This document shows, piece by piece, positions 9,132-17,096 of a DNA stretch of 41,498 nucleotides. A model generated the notes under the pieces. The model saw only the letters and a list, made by a program, of their open reading frames with translations. It was not told the DNA's origin and made no database searches. The position numbers were made by a program, and so were the translations under genes. The stretch spans positions 1 through 41,498 of the IMG/VR virus record IMGVR_UViG_3300014208_000014. One strand, written 5' to 3'. This DNA comes from a virus. Its lineage: Duplodnaviria > Caudoviricetes. Position 1 is the stretch's first letter; each line of letters starts with the position of its first letter.

Positions 9132-11306
9132 ATGGCACTCACTCCTGCTGAAACAAATTATGTAAAAGGGCTAAAGACTGCTGGGAAAAGTACCCAGGAG
9201 ATAACTAAGCTTTTAAGTGCTTATAGAACAGCCAAAAAAAATGAACAGGGGCAGGTTGGAAAGCCGGGTTTTATTGGGGCTACAATGTCTTCTGCTATGG
9301 AAAATCAGGCCAGCATTCAGGCGAAAAGCAAGTTAATTCGTCCTACTGCTACGGAAGAAGGAGTGAATTGGCTTACTAGTGCACCAGGACAGGTGGTAAA
9401 CATAGCGAAAAATTTAGGGGGTGCGGCTATGGGTGTGGCTACTAAAACGGCCGAATTAGCAACAACTGCTGATTATAGCCATTTTGTAGATAAATTGAAC
9501 TGGGCTGGGCCGGAGGGTCTACCAGCGACCGTGGCGAAACAAACTTATGACGTTTTTTCGACGGATAAAATAGGACAATTTAGTAAAAATGTAATTGGCG
9601 GTTCGGTCGCTGAAGCTCCTAAGTTTGTCGGAGGAGTGATGAAAGCGGGAAGCGATGCAATTGCTTGGAACACAGATTTACTAACAGAAATAGCTACTCC
9701 TTTCTTTTTAAATTATAGAAACAATGTACAAGAGAGGGTTCAGAGAGGAGAAAGTGTTTCTGATACCGAGATGCGTATAGCTAACACTAAAGTTGGTGAT
9801 ATTTTTAGATTAACCGGAAATCTTTCTAAGGGGGCGGGTGATGCTGTTGATAAGGCCGTTACAGAGTTTGGAAGGTCGTCAGGAGCAAAAAAGGCTGGAC
9901 TAGGATTCGAAACTGAAAAATCTGTTGGTGGATGGGTAGGGAGAATGGCTACAGATATAGTTATGACCTGGGGGTTAATGTCGGCTTTAAAAATTGGTAA
10001 TGCTGGAATTAAAACGATTCCCCCTAAAGAAGTTAGTATGTTAGAAAAACTGGGGTTGGGAACCAAATCTTTAGGCGAAAACAAGCTACCGATTATTAGA
10101 GGGCTTTTAAACTGGGGTACACAGCGGGCCCCTGACTTAATTGAGCCTCTAAAAGATGCTGTAATTCAGACCTCAGTTATGGAGGCGGGAAGAACGGGAA
10201 AAATAACTCCTGGTTCTTTATTTGTAGGGGCGGTCTATAATCTTGCGATGAATGGAGTGGTTAATAGCATAAAGAATGCCGCATACAAAGCTTATGCTGG
10301 AAACAAAGGTATACCTGCTGAGATTTCTATAGAGAGAACTGGCAATACTACAAAAAATATGATACTTGAGTACGAGGGGGCCGTAAAAAGGGCTATAGAC
10401 AGAGGTTGGGTTGGAGATAACTCAAGAATAATGACCTCAAAAATGAGTAACGTCATTGATGATGCTGCTACAAAAAACAATACAATTTTACAGGTAAGAA
10501 ATGATTTACCAGCGGCACAGATACCCCAGAACGATATACGAGATGGTATTTTTACCGCTTCTGCCATCGCTGTGAAAGATGGGAAACCTACAGACGGGCT
10601 TTATTATTTGAACAATTATCTAAAGATTGCGGCGCCGAAAGCTGATGGGGCAAAGCTGATTCCTGTAAGTAAATTAATAACTAGCTATTCGGCAGCGGGA
10701 AGAGAGGATTTGGCAGTGTTTTTACAGGGTTTGGTGGAGAGTAAGATAGTGAAGCTTACGACAAAACTTCCAGATGGAGGAACCTTCCAGCCTACTATCT
10801 TGGTTGACTTGAAACAGGGGGCAAATGTAACAATAAAAACTCAGTTAGGTTCTCAAAGAGAGGTTTCCTTTCGCTCTCCTGCTGAAATCCAGTATGACGT
10901 TTTGTTCAACACTACTCTTTCTCCAGTTCTCGAAAAGTATCTAGGGCCAGTTTGGGCGGCTAACAACAGGATGATGCATGACGCCTATCTTCTTGGGTCT
11001 TTGTCTTGGGCAAAAGAGGGGAGGTACTTAAATGCTCTAGCTTCAAATGATCCGACGAAACAGGGGGTTAGATATACTGGAGGGACAGAAACTGCTTATT
11101 TGAAAAATGAGTTAGCTAAAGGTCTGGCTTCTCCTGTGACAACATTGGCGGCAAAGCGAGTTGGCTTGCAAGATTTATTTATTGGATGGAGTAAAGATCC
11201 AGATGTGAAAGGTGATACCTGGGAATCAAAGTATCCATCTTACATTAACCAGGGCGAAGGTTCAGGCCAGGCGTTACCTTTTTATGGTTCAGAAACTAAA
11301 AAATAA
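9132..11306 (+). CDS. Putative second ejection/DNA-transfer protein
   Basis: 724 aa, G/A-rich helical, follows the first ejection-like gene. Confidence 0.5.
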   Translation: MALTPAETNYVKGLKTAGKSTQEITKLLSAYRTAKKNEQGQVGKPGFIGATMSSAMENQASIQAKSKLIRPTATEEGVNWLTSAPGQVVNIAKNLGGAAMGVATKTAELATTADYSHFVDKLNWAGPEGLPATVAKQTYDVFSTDKIGQFSKNVIGGSVAEAPKFVGGVMKAGSDAIAWNTDLLTEIATPFFLNYRNNVQERVQRGESVSDTEMRIANTKVGDIFRLTGNLSKGAGDAVDKAVTEFGRSSGAKKAGLGFETEKSVGGWVGRMATDIVMTWGLMSALKIGNAGIKTIPPKEVSMLEKLGLGTKSLGENKLPIIRGLLNWGTQRAPDLIEPLKDAVIQTSVMEAGRTGKITPGSLFVGAVYNLAMNGVVNSIKNAAYKAYAGNKGIPAEISIERTGNTTKNMILEYEGAVKRAIDRGWVGDNSRIMTSKMSNVIDDAATKNNTILQVRNDLPAAQIPQNDIRDGIFTASAIAVKDGKPTDGLYYLNNYLKIAAPKADGAKLIPVSKLITSYSAAGREDLAVFLQGLVESKIVKLTTKLPDGGTFQPTILVDLKQGANVTIKTQLGSQREVSFRSPAEIQYDVLFNTTLSPVLEKYLGPVWAANNRMMHDAYLLGSLSWAKEGRYLNALASNDPTKQGVRYTGGTETAYLKNELAKGLASPVTTLAAKRVGLQDLFIGWSKDPDVKGDTWESKYPSYINQGEGSGQALPFYGSETKK

Positions 11307-11392
11307 TTGTAGAATATCTGTACAAAAAAGGAAAGGAGGATTACAATTAAAATGTTTAAAAAATAGTTATTAATTTTTAATTTCAAAATACT

Positions 11393-11887
11393 ATGGCTAA
11401 GTCAGTAGCAAGGGATATCGGAAAGACATTGGGAGGGGCTGCGGGGATGGTAGTGGAGGGTGGAGGCAGAATGATAAAGGAGGCTGGACAAGGGGTTGTA
11501 GGTGCAGCAAAAGGGGTTTACGATGCAGGAGTGAGAACTGCTGTGGGGGCACAATATGGTTATCAAGAAGGGGTCAGAAAAGAGAGGGTGAAGGAAGGAC
11601 TCCAGAATGTTGGGAAAGGGGTTAAGAGAATGGGAAATTATGTAAAAAACGAGTTTCCGGTAAATAAAAATGTTGGAGCCGCTTTGGAAAATGCTTATTT
11701 GGCTGCTAGAGCAAAAAGTCCCACTGTTGACCAGGCCATCATGAACGGAGTAAAGGCATATGGCAGGGAGTGGGTAAAGGGAGCTAAGATTGTTAACAAT
11801 GCGGTTGGTTCGGCTGGAAAAGCTGTCTATGCTCAATCTTTGAAAGAAGGGGAAAAACTGAGGAAGAGAATTAGCAGAGAACAATAA
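11393..11887 (+). CDS. Hypothetical G/A/K-rich protein
   Basis: 164-aa ORF with AU-rich leader. Confidence 0.7.
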   Translation: MAKSVARDIGKTLGGAAGMVVEGGGRMIKEAGQGVVGAAKGVYDAGVRTAVGAQYGYQEGVRKERVKEGLQNVGKGVKRMGNYVKNEFPVNKNVGAALENAYLAARAKSPTVDQAIMNGVKAYGREWVKGAKIVNNAVGSAGKAVYAQSLKEGEKLRKRISREQ

Positions 11888-11895
11888 AAAATCTT

Positions 11896-12504
11896 ATGTA
11901 TCAAGCCGTCTTCGTAGAAGCAGGGCATGGAAAGTCTTATCTGGGGCCAAAAGATCCGGGGGCTGTAGCTCGCTTTGGATTACGGGTGTTTAAAGAGAGG
12001 GCGGTAGTCTTGGAGATAGCTAGAAGAGTCAAGCTCATCCTGACTGCCAAACTTCCAGGGATATTAGTACAAGGGGTAGGTATCGAATCAGATGCCACCC
12101 CTTTAAAAAAGATGCAGTTTGTTAATACCGTAATTAGAGAGAACAGATTTTCTCCAGGTAACTGCGTGGGCTTGGCTATCCATCTTAATTCATCTATATC
12201 TGGCAAGCCAAGAGGTTTTGAGTGTTGGTATCAGAAAAAAATGATAGGGGCGGAGAGGTTGGGGAATGCAGTATTGACCGAGTGGGAAAATTACAATATC
12301 TTGCCGTTACGAGCCAGACCACTTAATAACACGAAAGACCATAGTCTATATCACAGACTCTACATAGACGACGCTCTATGTCCATATCTATTAGTAGAGG
12401 TCGGTTTCATTTCTAATTTTGAGGATTTGGATATAATTTTAAAAAATTTGGATAGGGTAGCAGAGTGCTTTGCTCACTCATTACTAGAATTTGACAAAAA
12501 ATGA
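11896..12504 (+). CDS. Endolysin, N-acetylmuramoyl-L-alanine amidase (Amidase_3)
   Basis: EAGHG...DPGA...KE, LAIHLNS, GFECWY and LVEVGFISN Zn-binding/catalytic motifs. Confidence 0.88.
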   Translation: MYQAVFVEAGHGKSYLGPKDPGAVARFGLRVFKERAVVLEIARRVKLILTAKLPGILVQGVGIESDATPLKKMQFVNTVIRENRFSPGNCVGLAIHLNSSISGKPRGFECWYQKKMIGAERLGNAVLTEWENYNILPLRARPLNNTKDHSLYHRLYIDDALCPYLLVEVGFISNFEDLDIILKNLDRVAECFAHSLLEFDKK

Positions 12505-12507
12505 AAT

Positions 12508-12771
12508 ATGCAATATAAATGGCCGTCAAAACAAGCGATTAAAGAAGAGATTCTGTACATAGTGGGCACTACCATCGTTTTCGTAGGAATTGACGGTTTT
12601 AGCCAAGTTCTGAGGCTTCACCAGGGGGATATCAGTCGTGACGCCCTACTCTCCTTCGGAACAATTATTTTACGCTCTGTTGTTAAAAGTTTATTAATAC
12701 AAGTGTTTCCAAAACTTGGAGCCAAGGGAGGTTCGGATATAAGTTCTCCCGCTGAGGAAAAAACTCCTTAA
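12508..12771 (+). CDS. Putative holin
   Basis: Small protein with two hydrophobic segments directly after the endolysin. Confidence 0.5.
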   Translation: MQYKWPSKQAIKEEILYIVGTTIVFVGIDGFSQVLRLHQGDISRDALLSFGTIILRSVVKSLLIQVFPKLGAKGGSDISSPAEEKTP

Positions 12772-12817
12772 TATACATTAGGAGCTTTTTTTTCCTTCCC
12801 CGCCTGATAGTCACGGA

Positions 12818-13267
12818 CTACATCTGGGTCTTTCCTTGTTGTAGTTGTTTCCAAGCTTTAGCTAGAATAGTAGCGTCAATTTGGTCTTCCCCATAGCCGG
12901 AAGGAAAATGTCTTTTCATAAGTTCTTTTCTTCTCCCCTCTCCAGGAAAAAGAGTGGCCCTGGCAGTCATATCATTAATTTCAATTTCTGGTATACCAGC
13001 TTTTTCACACAGTAGTCTGACTACACCTATATAAGAGTAGTGGGAGCAAATAAGCTGATAGTACATATTAACCTTGCCTACTACCACTATGTCTGGTTTA
13101 TATAGTGCCATTATAGCCGCAAGGCGTTTATAGAAGGACTGATAGGAAACGGTAGGGCATTGGTTTGATTCTTCTGTAGTATCGGCGAGGAAGCACCATC
13201 CCCATTTCTCTTTTCCAACGTCTATACCCAGGATTTTCTTAAAAATTTTTTGAGGTAGCTCAGCCAT
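12818..13267 (-). CDS. RuvC-like (RNase H fold) Holliday junction resolvase-like protein
   Basis: ILGIDVG, PDIVVV and DQIDATILA motifs. Confidence 0.7.
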   Translation of the reverse strand: MAELPQKIFKKILGIDVGKEKWGWCFLADTTEESNQCPTVSYQSFYKRLAAIMALYKPDIVVVGKVNMYYQLICSHYSYIGVVRLLCEKAGIPEIEINDMTARATLFPGEGRRKELMKRHFPSGYGEDQIDATILAKAWKQLQQGKTQM

Positions 13268-13272
13268 GTTTA

Positions 13273-13500
13273 TTAGTTTAATAGTTTTTTTACAAATTCA
13301 AATTCAGCATAGGGACTATCTGTCCCCATTTTAAATTCTATTATATCTTCCAATTTAAGTCCAAATTCGTTATCAAAGGGGGTATTCCAAAGTCTTCCCG
13401 TGGTTTCAGTCAGCCTTTCTACCCACATTCGCTCTCCCATACAGCCCATCACCGCATCTTTATAAGGGAAATGAACTTTGATTAGTTTAGAGTAAGGCAT
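13273..13500 (-). CDS. Hypothetical protein (DUF2314-like ERMWV...G.L.N.P motif)
   Basis: GERMWVE...GRLWNTPF...LKLEDIIEF. Confidence 0.55.
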   Translation of the reverse strand: MPYSKLIKVHFPYKDAVMGCMGERMWVERLTETTGRLWNTPFDNEFGLKLEDIIEFKMGTDSPYAEFEFVKKLLN

Positions 13501-13510
13501 CTTTTTTTGG

Positions 13511-13774
13511 TTAAAAATTTAAATGAGGAGACTCGTCGTCCGCACAGTCTGAACAGTGGTCAATTATTGTCCCCGTTACCAAGGTATCTTTAATGAACTC
13601 ACAGGCACCCAGTCTAGCCCTGTATAGCGCTGGTACTCCTCCTACGACGTCCCGGTCAGTGGCCTCATCGGTCAGTACCCATAATATTACGACATCCTTA
13701 CCTCCCATCTTTTCAATGGCAGCTTTAAAAGCCTGAGCCGCTTCCTCTATCTGGTCATTTTGTTCTTCGGTCAT
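13511..13774 (-). CDS. Hypothetical protein with C-terminal CxxC
   Basis: 87-aa ORF in the - strand operon. Confidence 0.65.
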   Translation of the reverse strand: MTEEQNDQIEEAAQAFKAAIEKMGGKDVVILWVLTDEATDRDVVGGVPALYRARLGACEFIKDTLVTGTIIDHCSDCADDESPHLNF

Positions 13775-13916
13775 CTTTTTTTGGTTTAGTTATATTATCA
13801 TAGCCATTACATTTGTGAGGCTGGGCTTCTTCGCAGCCGTGTTTACAAACAAGTGGGCTTTCGTGTTTCATACAGACATCATAAGTTGGCTTACAGCCGT
13901 GTTTATTGGTTTTCAT
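13755..13916 (-). CDS. Cys/His-rich micro-protein (53 aa, not in ORF track)
   Basis: MKTNKHGCKPTYDVCMKHESPLVCKHGCEEAQPHKCNGYDNITKPKKDDRRTK*. Confidence 0.5.
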   Translation of the reverse strand: MKTNKHGCKPTYDVCMKHESPLVCKHGCEEAQPHKCNGYDNITKPKKDDRRTK

Positions 13917-14132
13917 CTTCGGATTGGTTAGGGGATAAAAGCTCTTTCTGTGCTCTTTCTAGATTATCCATAACAAGTATGTTGTCAGTCTTCATTATCA
14001 GTCGGTGCAGAATGTCGCTTGCCCTAAGCCGTTCTTTTACTGTTGCCTCCTCCTGGGTGGTCGGCCATATAGGCCATAAAGGAGTGGAATTTTTCTGCTC
14101 TGGTCATTGTTGATTGGGTTATTGATTTAATT

Positions 14133-14398
14133 TGGTGGGTGCGGCAGGACTCGCACCTGCTTGATGAGATTTTATCAGCGAGCGACGCTGTTTATTTCCT
14201 CATACCACTTATCGGTGGCTCCACTCTCTTTCGGTTCACACCCATAGGTGAGCCTTTATACTCTGCTCGTGAGTGGAGGGGAGAGGCCAGATTGGTTACT
14301 GGCATTGAAGGTTATTTAGGGTCGCTTATTGTGCCGTCGCACAGCCTGGCGATTACACTACCTTCCTAGCACCCGTTCCGCCCTGCACATCTCTCCCC
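14133..14398 (-). ncRNA. Expanded tRNA-like structured RNA with encoded CCA end
   Basis: - strand 3' end GCAGG-TGCGAGT-CCTGC-CGCACCC-A-CCA (14160-14133); complementary GGGTGC at 14374-14369; multiple internal stems. Confidence 0.7.
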
Positions 14399-14406
14399 AT
14401 AATTTT

Positions 14407-14484
14407 CCAGTTCCAGACTCGGAAGGGCTAGATGATTCAGCAAGCTTTCGCTTGAAATGTTCCCCTCCGAAATCTGGTTACTGG
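14407..14484 (-). ncRNA. Long imperfect hairpin RNA capped by a GAAA tetraloop
   Basis: CCAGT/ACTGG, CCAGA/TCTGG and TTCGGAGGGG/CCCTTCCGAG stems plus CAAGC-GAAA-GCTTG. Confidence 0.55.
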
Positions 14485-14486
14485 TT

Positions 14487-14695
14487 TGCTGGGGCAGGGA
14501 TTAGAGCAAAAGGTGGGTGTCAGTACCCATAGGCAGCATTTTTCATCTGCTTTATTTTACTTCATTACCTGCACGAGGTTTTCTGATTTATGACCTCGAC
14601 CTATCCGTTGTATGTGACAGTGCCTTATAGAAACGGTTGTCATAAGGACGGAACCTTATTCATCGCCATTATAAGCTATATTCGTGCCACCCAGC
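14487..14695 (-). ncRNA. Expanded tRNA-like RNA with an enlarged T-loop
   Basis: GCTGGG-TGGC... 5' end; GCAGG T[...]AATC CCTGC-CCCAGC-A 3' end. Confidence 0.6.
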
Positions 14696-14714
14696 CCCTG
14701 ATTGTTAATTAACA

Positions 14715-14894
14715 CTATGTAACATGAGGAGAGGTGTCCACCCCTCCGTTTCTCCCACAGTGGGGGCATCGGCCACAGTGAGGACAAACCCCCGCCATAT
14801 CCATAGAAATATAAGTTTTTGAAGGTTGGACTGTTATCTTTCTTGCAAATTCAAACATCTCTTCTCGCTCTTTTTCCATCTCTTCTTTAGTCAT
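14715..14894 (-). CDS. Micro-protein with tandem CPHCGR zinc-knuckle motif (59 aa, not in ORF track)
   Basis: MTKEEMEKEREEMFEFARKITVQPSKTYISMDMAGVCPHCGRCPHCGRNGGVDTSPHVT*. Confidence 0.6.
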   Translation of the reverse strand: MTKEEMEKEREEMFEFARKITVQPSKTYISMDMAGVCPHCGRCPHCGRNGGVDTSPHVT

Positions 14895-14912
14895 GTTTTT
14901 CGGGTTAATGAT

Positions 14913-15614
14913 TCAATTTCTACCTCTACTTTCGGGATATAATTCAGAGACCAAGTCCGATTGCCAGTATTTCATTGTGTTCACGTTCATGATTGTTAGA
15001 ACCCCTTCCCAGCCTGCCCCAGTGTCCAGCAGAGTTACATTCCCCCCTGTGTAAGGTTTGTTCTTAGGTAGTTTCTTATAGTTGTTGACTGAGGTATGTC
15101 CCAGAAAAACATGTCCATATTCGTGAACCAGGAATTTGTCCCCTTCTTTGGCTCCGGCTGTTTTATCTGCCAGAGTCCTGTCCCACATTAGCATCTCTCT
15201 CAACTGAGACGCTATGGCTATCCCGCGACAGAATCCCCCGTGGACATATATCCTATTTTTGTCGTCCAGAGCATAGCCTACCGCCTTTTTGAAGAAATCC
15301 CTGTGTTTGACCATCAGCTCTGGTTCTTTCAAATAAGCTTCTATCGTAGCTTGTCCGCCTTGTTCCGTCCAGATGACAGGTCTGGCTCCGAATTGCAACC
15401 ACCCTTCCAGCCAAAAATCATGATTGCCTTGCACCAGAATTAGGTTTTTCAATTCCAATAACTTCTCTATCACCTGGGGCGTCTCTGGCCACCCATCGGC
15501 GACATCTCCCAAGCAAACCAGGATATCTTTGAGAAAATCAAAGTTAGCTCTGACCAAGCACTGGTCTAAAGCTTTGGCTGCTCCGTGGATGTCTCCGATT
15601 ACAAAAGTTTTCAT
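14913..15614 (-). CDS. Calcineurin-like metallophosphoesterase (lambda NinI/PrpA-like Ser/Thr phosphatase family)
   Basis: GDIHG, GDVADGW, GNHD, VHGG, GHT and DTGAG motifs in order. Confidence 0.9.
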   Translation of the reverse strand: MKTFVIGDIHGAAKALDQCLVRANFDFLKDILVCLGDVADGWPETPQVIEKLLELKNLILVQGNHDFWLEGWLQFGARPVIWTEQGGQATIEAYLKEPELMVKHRDFFKKAVGYALDDKNRIYVHGGFCRGIAIASQLREMLMWDRTLADKTAGAKEGDKFLVHEYGHVFLGHTSVNNYKKLPKNKPYTGGNVTLLDTGAGWEGVLTIMNVNTMKYWQSDLVSELYPESRGRN

Positions 15615-16063
15615 TTCTTAATTATTTTTACTGTTCTTCCCAACTCTTTACAGACCTGTTCCATAGTGAGTTCTTCGGTAGTTTCAGGGGCGTCTGCAAA
15701 CCTATAATGAAAGTCTGTTAGTTCTTGGATTGTGAATTGGTTTAAGCACCCACATTTTCCATCCGGCTCCTTGTTGTGATTTGCAAGAAAGACAATTCTC
15801 CCCGCCCGTCCCAATACTAGCTTTGCTAGGTCGTCTCCGTCTATCAACAAGTCTCCCTCCTGTATGGCCTCCAGGGTAAATAATTCATGGAGTTCCTCCT
15901 CTTCGAAACAATTACAGGTAGACCTCATGTTGTTCAGGTTCTTATCTAGTAACTCATAATTATTCTTATTGTAATATCTCACATATGTCGCGCCTTTTTC
16001 CGCTGCAAAAGTTCCGCATTTAGTTGGATCCTTAGGAGCATAAATTCTTCCAATTTTAATCAT
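15611..16063 (-). CDS. Hypothetical phage protein (likely start MIKIGR at 16063)
   Basis: C-terminal ELTMEQVCKELGRTVKII-type motif; the upstream extension in the ORF track overlaps the next gene. Confidence 0.6.
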   Translation of the reverse strand: MIKIGRIYAPKDPTKCGTFAAEKGATYVRYYNKNNYELLDKNLNNMRSTCNCFEEEELHELFTLEAIQEGDLLIDGDDLAKLVLGRAGRIVFLANHNKEPDGKCGCLNQFTIQELTDFHYRFADAPETTEELTMEQVCKELGRTVKIIKK

Positions 16064-16076
16064 TTTGATTAGGTTT

Positions 16077-16391
16077 TTAAGATTTAAAACATTTTTTACA
16101 GACAGGGGGTGAAACCTTAGTAGTGTTCCACCAGTACAGTTCTGTTCTACATTTCCGGCACCACATAGAGTCTTCCGCAAACCAGCCTCTCTTTTTTCCG
16201 CATTTACTACACCTCTCATCATACCAATCCCAATCTTTTCTCTTCTGCACCCACATCCAATCGTGTTCACCCTTGGTTTTAATGCAATACCCTTTCTTCG
16301 GTGGAAGTTTTTTAACCTCGTCAGGGGGCAGGTTGACTACTTTTTTTACTCGGTGGGGTTGGTGCCAGATGTCGCGGTCAGACTTTTTCAT
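16077..16391 (-). CDS. Cys-rich zinc-finger protein
   Basis: C...H, CSKC, CRKC and CKKC motifs. Confidence 0.6.
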   Translation of the reverse strand: MKKSDRDIWHQPHRVKKVVNLPPDEVKKLPPKKGYCIKTKGEHDWMWVQKRKDWDWYDERCSKCGKKRGWFAEDSMWCRKCRTELYWWNTTKVSPPVCKKCFKS

Positions 16392-16723
16392 TTTCTTGCG
16401 TAAAAATAAGCGATTATACTTTGTAGATCTCGAGGTGGTTTTGCTAGGTGGACTGTGCCTTCTGACATCGTAATAGTCCCTTTATTAGAGCCGTCCTGAT
16501 AAAAGGCGGTAGGGACAGAAGCGGCACTCATAAGAGGGGGGTAAGATGCCGTGGTAGCAGCCGAAGAACAAATCCCTACCCCAAAGTCCGCGTTGACGTA
16601 CCGAACAAAGTCCTTTTCTCTTGCCCCTGTTTTACTATTATCCTGCCTCTCCCTAAGGGAACCCTCAGGATAGGGAGCATAATGGAAAGGCCCAGGAGAA
16701 TAAGAAAATAAAGGATAAGCCAT
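16388..16723 (-). CDS. Hypothetical protein
   Basis: Coupled start/stop overlaps with both neighbours. Confidence 0.55.
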   Translation of the reverse strand: MAYPLFSYSPGPFHYAPYPEGSLRERQDNSKTGAREKDFVRYVNADFGVGICSSAATTASYPPLMSAASVPTAFYQDGSNKGTITMSEGTVHLAKPPRDLQSIIAYFYARK

Positions 16724-17070
16724 TAGGATGATTTGATTACATTAATACCATTTTTTGCCACGATTCCATCAACCAGTTTTTCCAGGATGCTCTTCATATC
16801 CTTAACGTCAAAGCCCATATTTCCGAAAGCTTTGTTTAATATCTGTACCTCTTTGGCCAGGATACCTTTTTCAAGTTCGAGCCGTGCAATATCACGGGTC
16901 TTTTCCTCTGTAGCCTGGATAATCCGGGTGTTGATTTCTGCTTCCCGTATTCTTTCTTCACTTTCGTGAGTAGCTCTACGGAGAGAGTTTTCCTGCTCCA
17001 TCCGTTTGATTAGTCCGCGAAGGTCTTCATTTTTCTCCTGTAATTCTTTCATTTTCTTGCTGTTAAACAT
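16723..17070 (-). CDS. Coiled-coil hypothetical protein
   Basis: E/K/R-rich heptads. Confidence 0.7.
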   Translation of the reverse strand: MFNSKKMKELQEKNEDLRGLIKRMEQENSLRRATHESEERIREAEINTRIIQATEEKTRDIARLELEKGILAKEVQILNKAFGNMGFDVKDMKSILEKLVDGIVAKNGINVIKSS

Positions 17071-17096
17071 AGTGATAATGTGTTAAAGTTATATTT

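Noticed and set aside
14133-14398. tmRNA (one- or two-piece)
   Set aside because: The acceptor stem lacks the G3-U70 alanine determinant, and I found no convincing resume/tag ORF ending in a hydrophobic AA-type tail.
13853-14532. + strand ORFs 13853-14113, 14139-14369 and 14329-14532
   Set aside because: Antisense to the surrounding operon, GTG starts, no protein-like features; better explained as shadows of - strand genes and structured RNA.
14133-14695. Ordinary tRNA genes with group I or group II introns
   Set aside because: I could not find group I P7 core motifs (GACUA / UAGUC), a group II domain V, or a reconstructable anticodon arm. A covariance search is still needed to exclude this formally.
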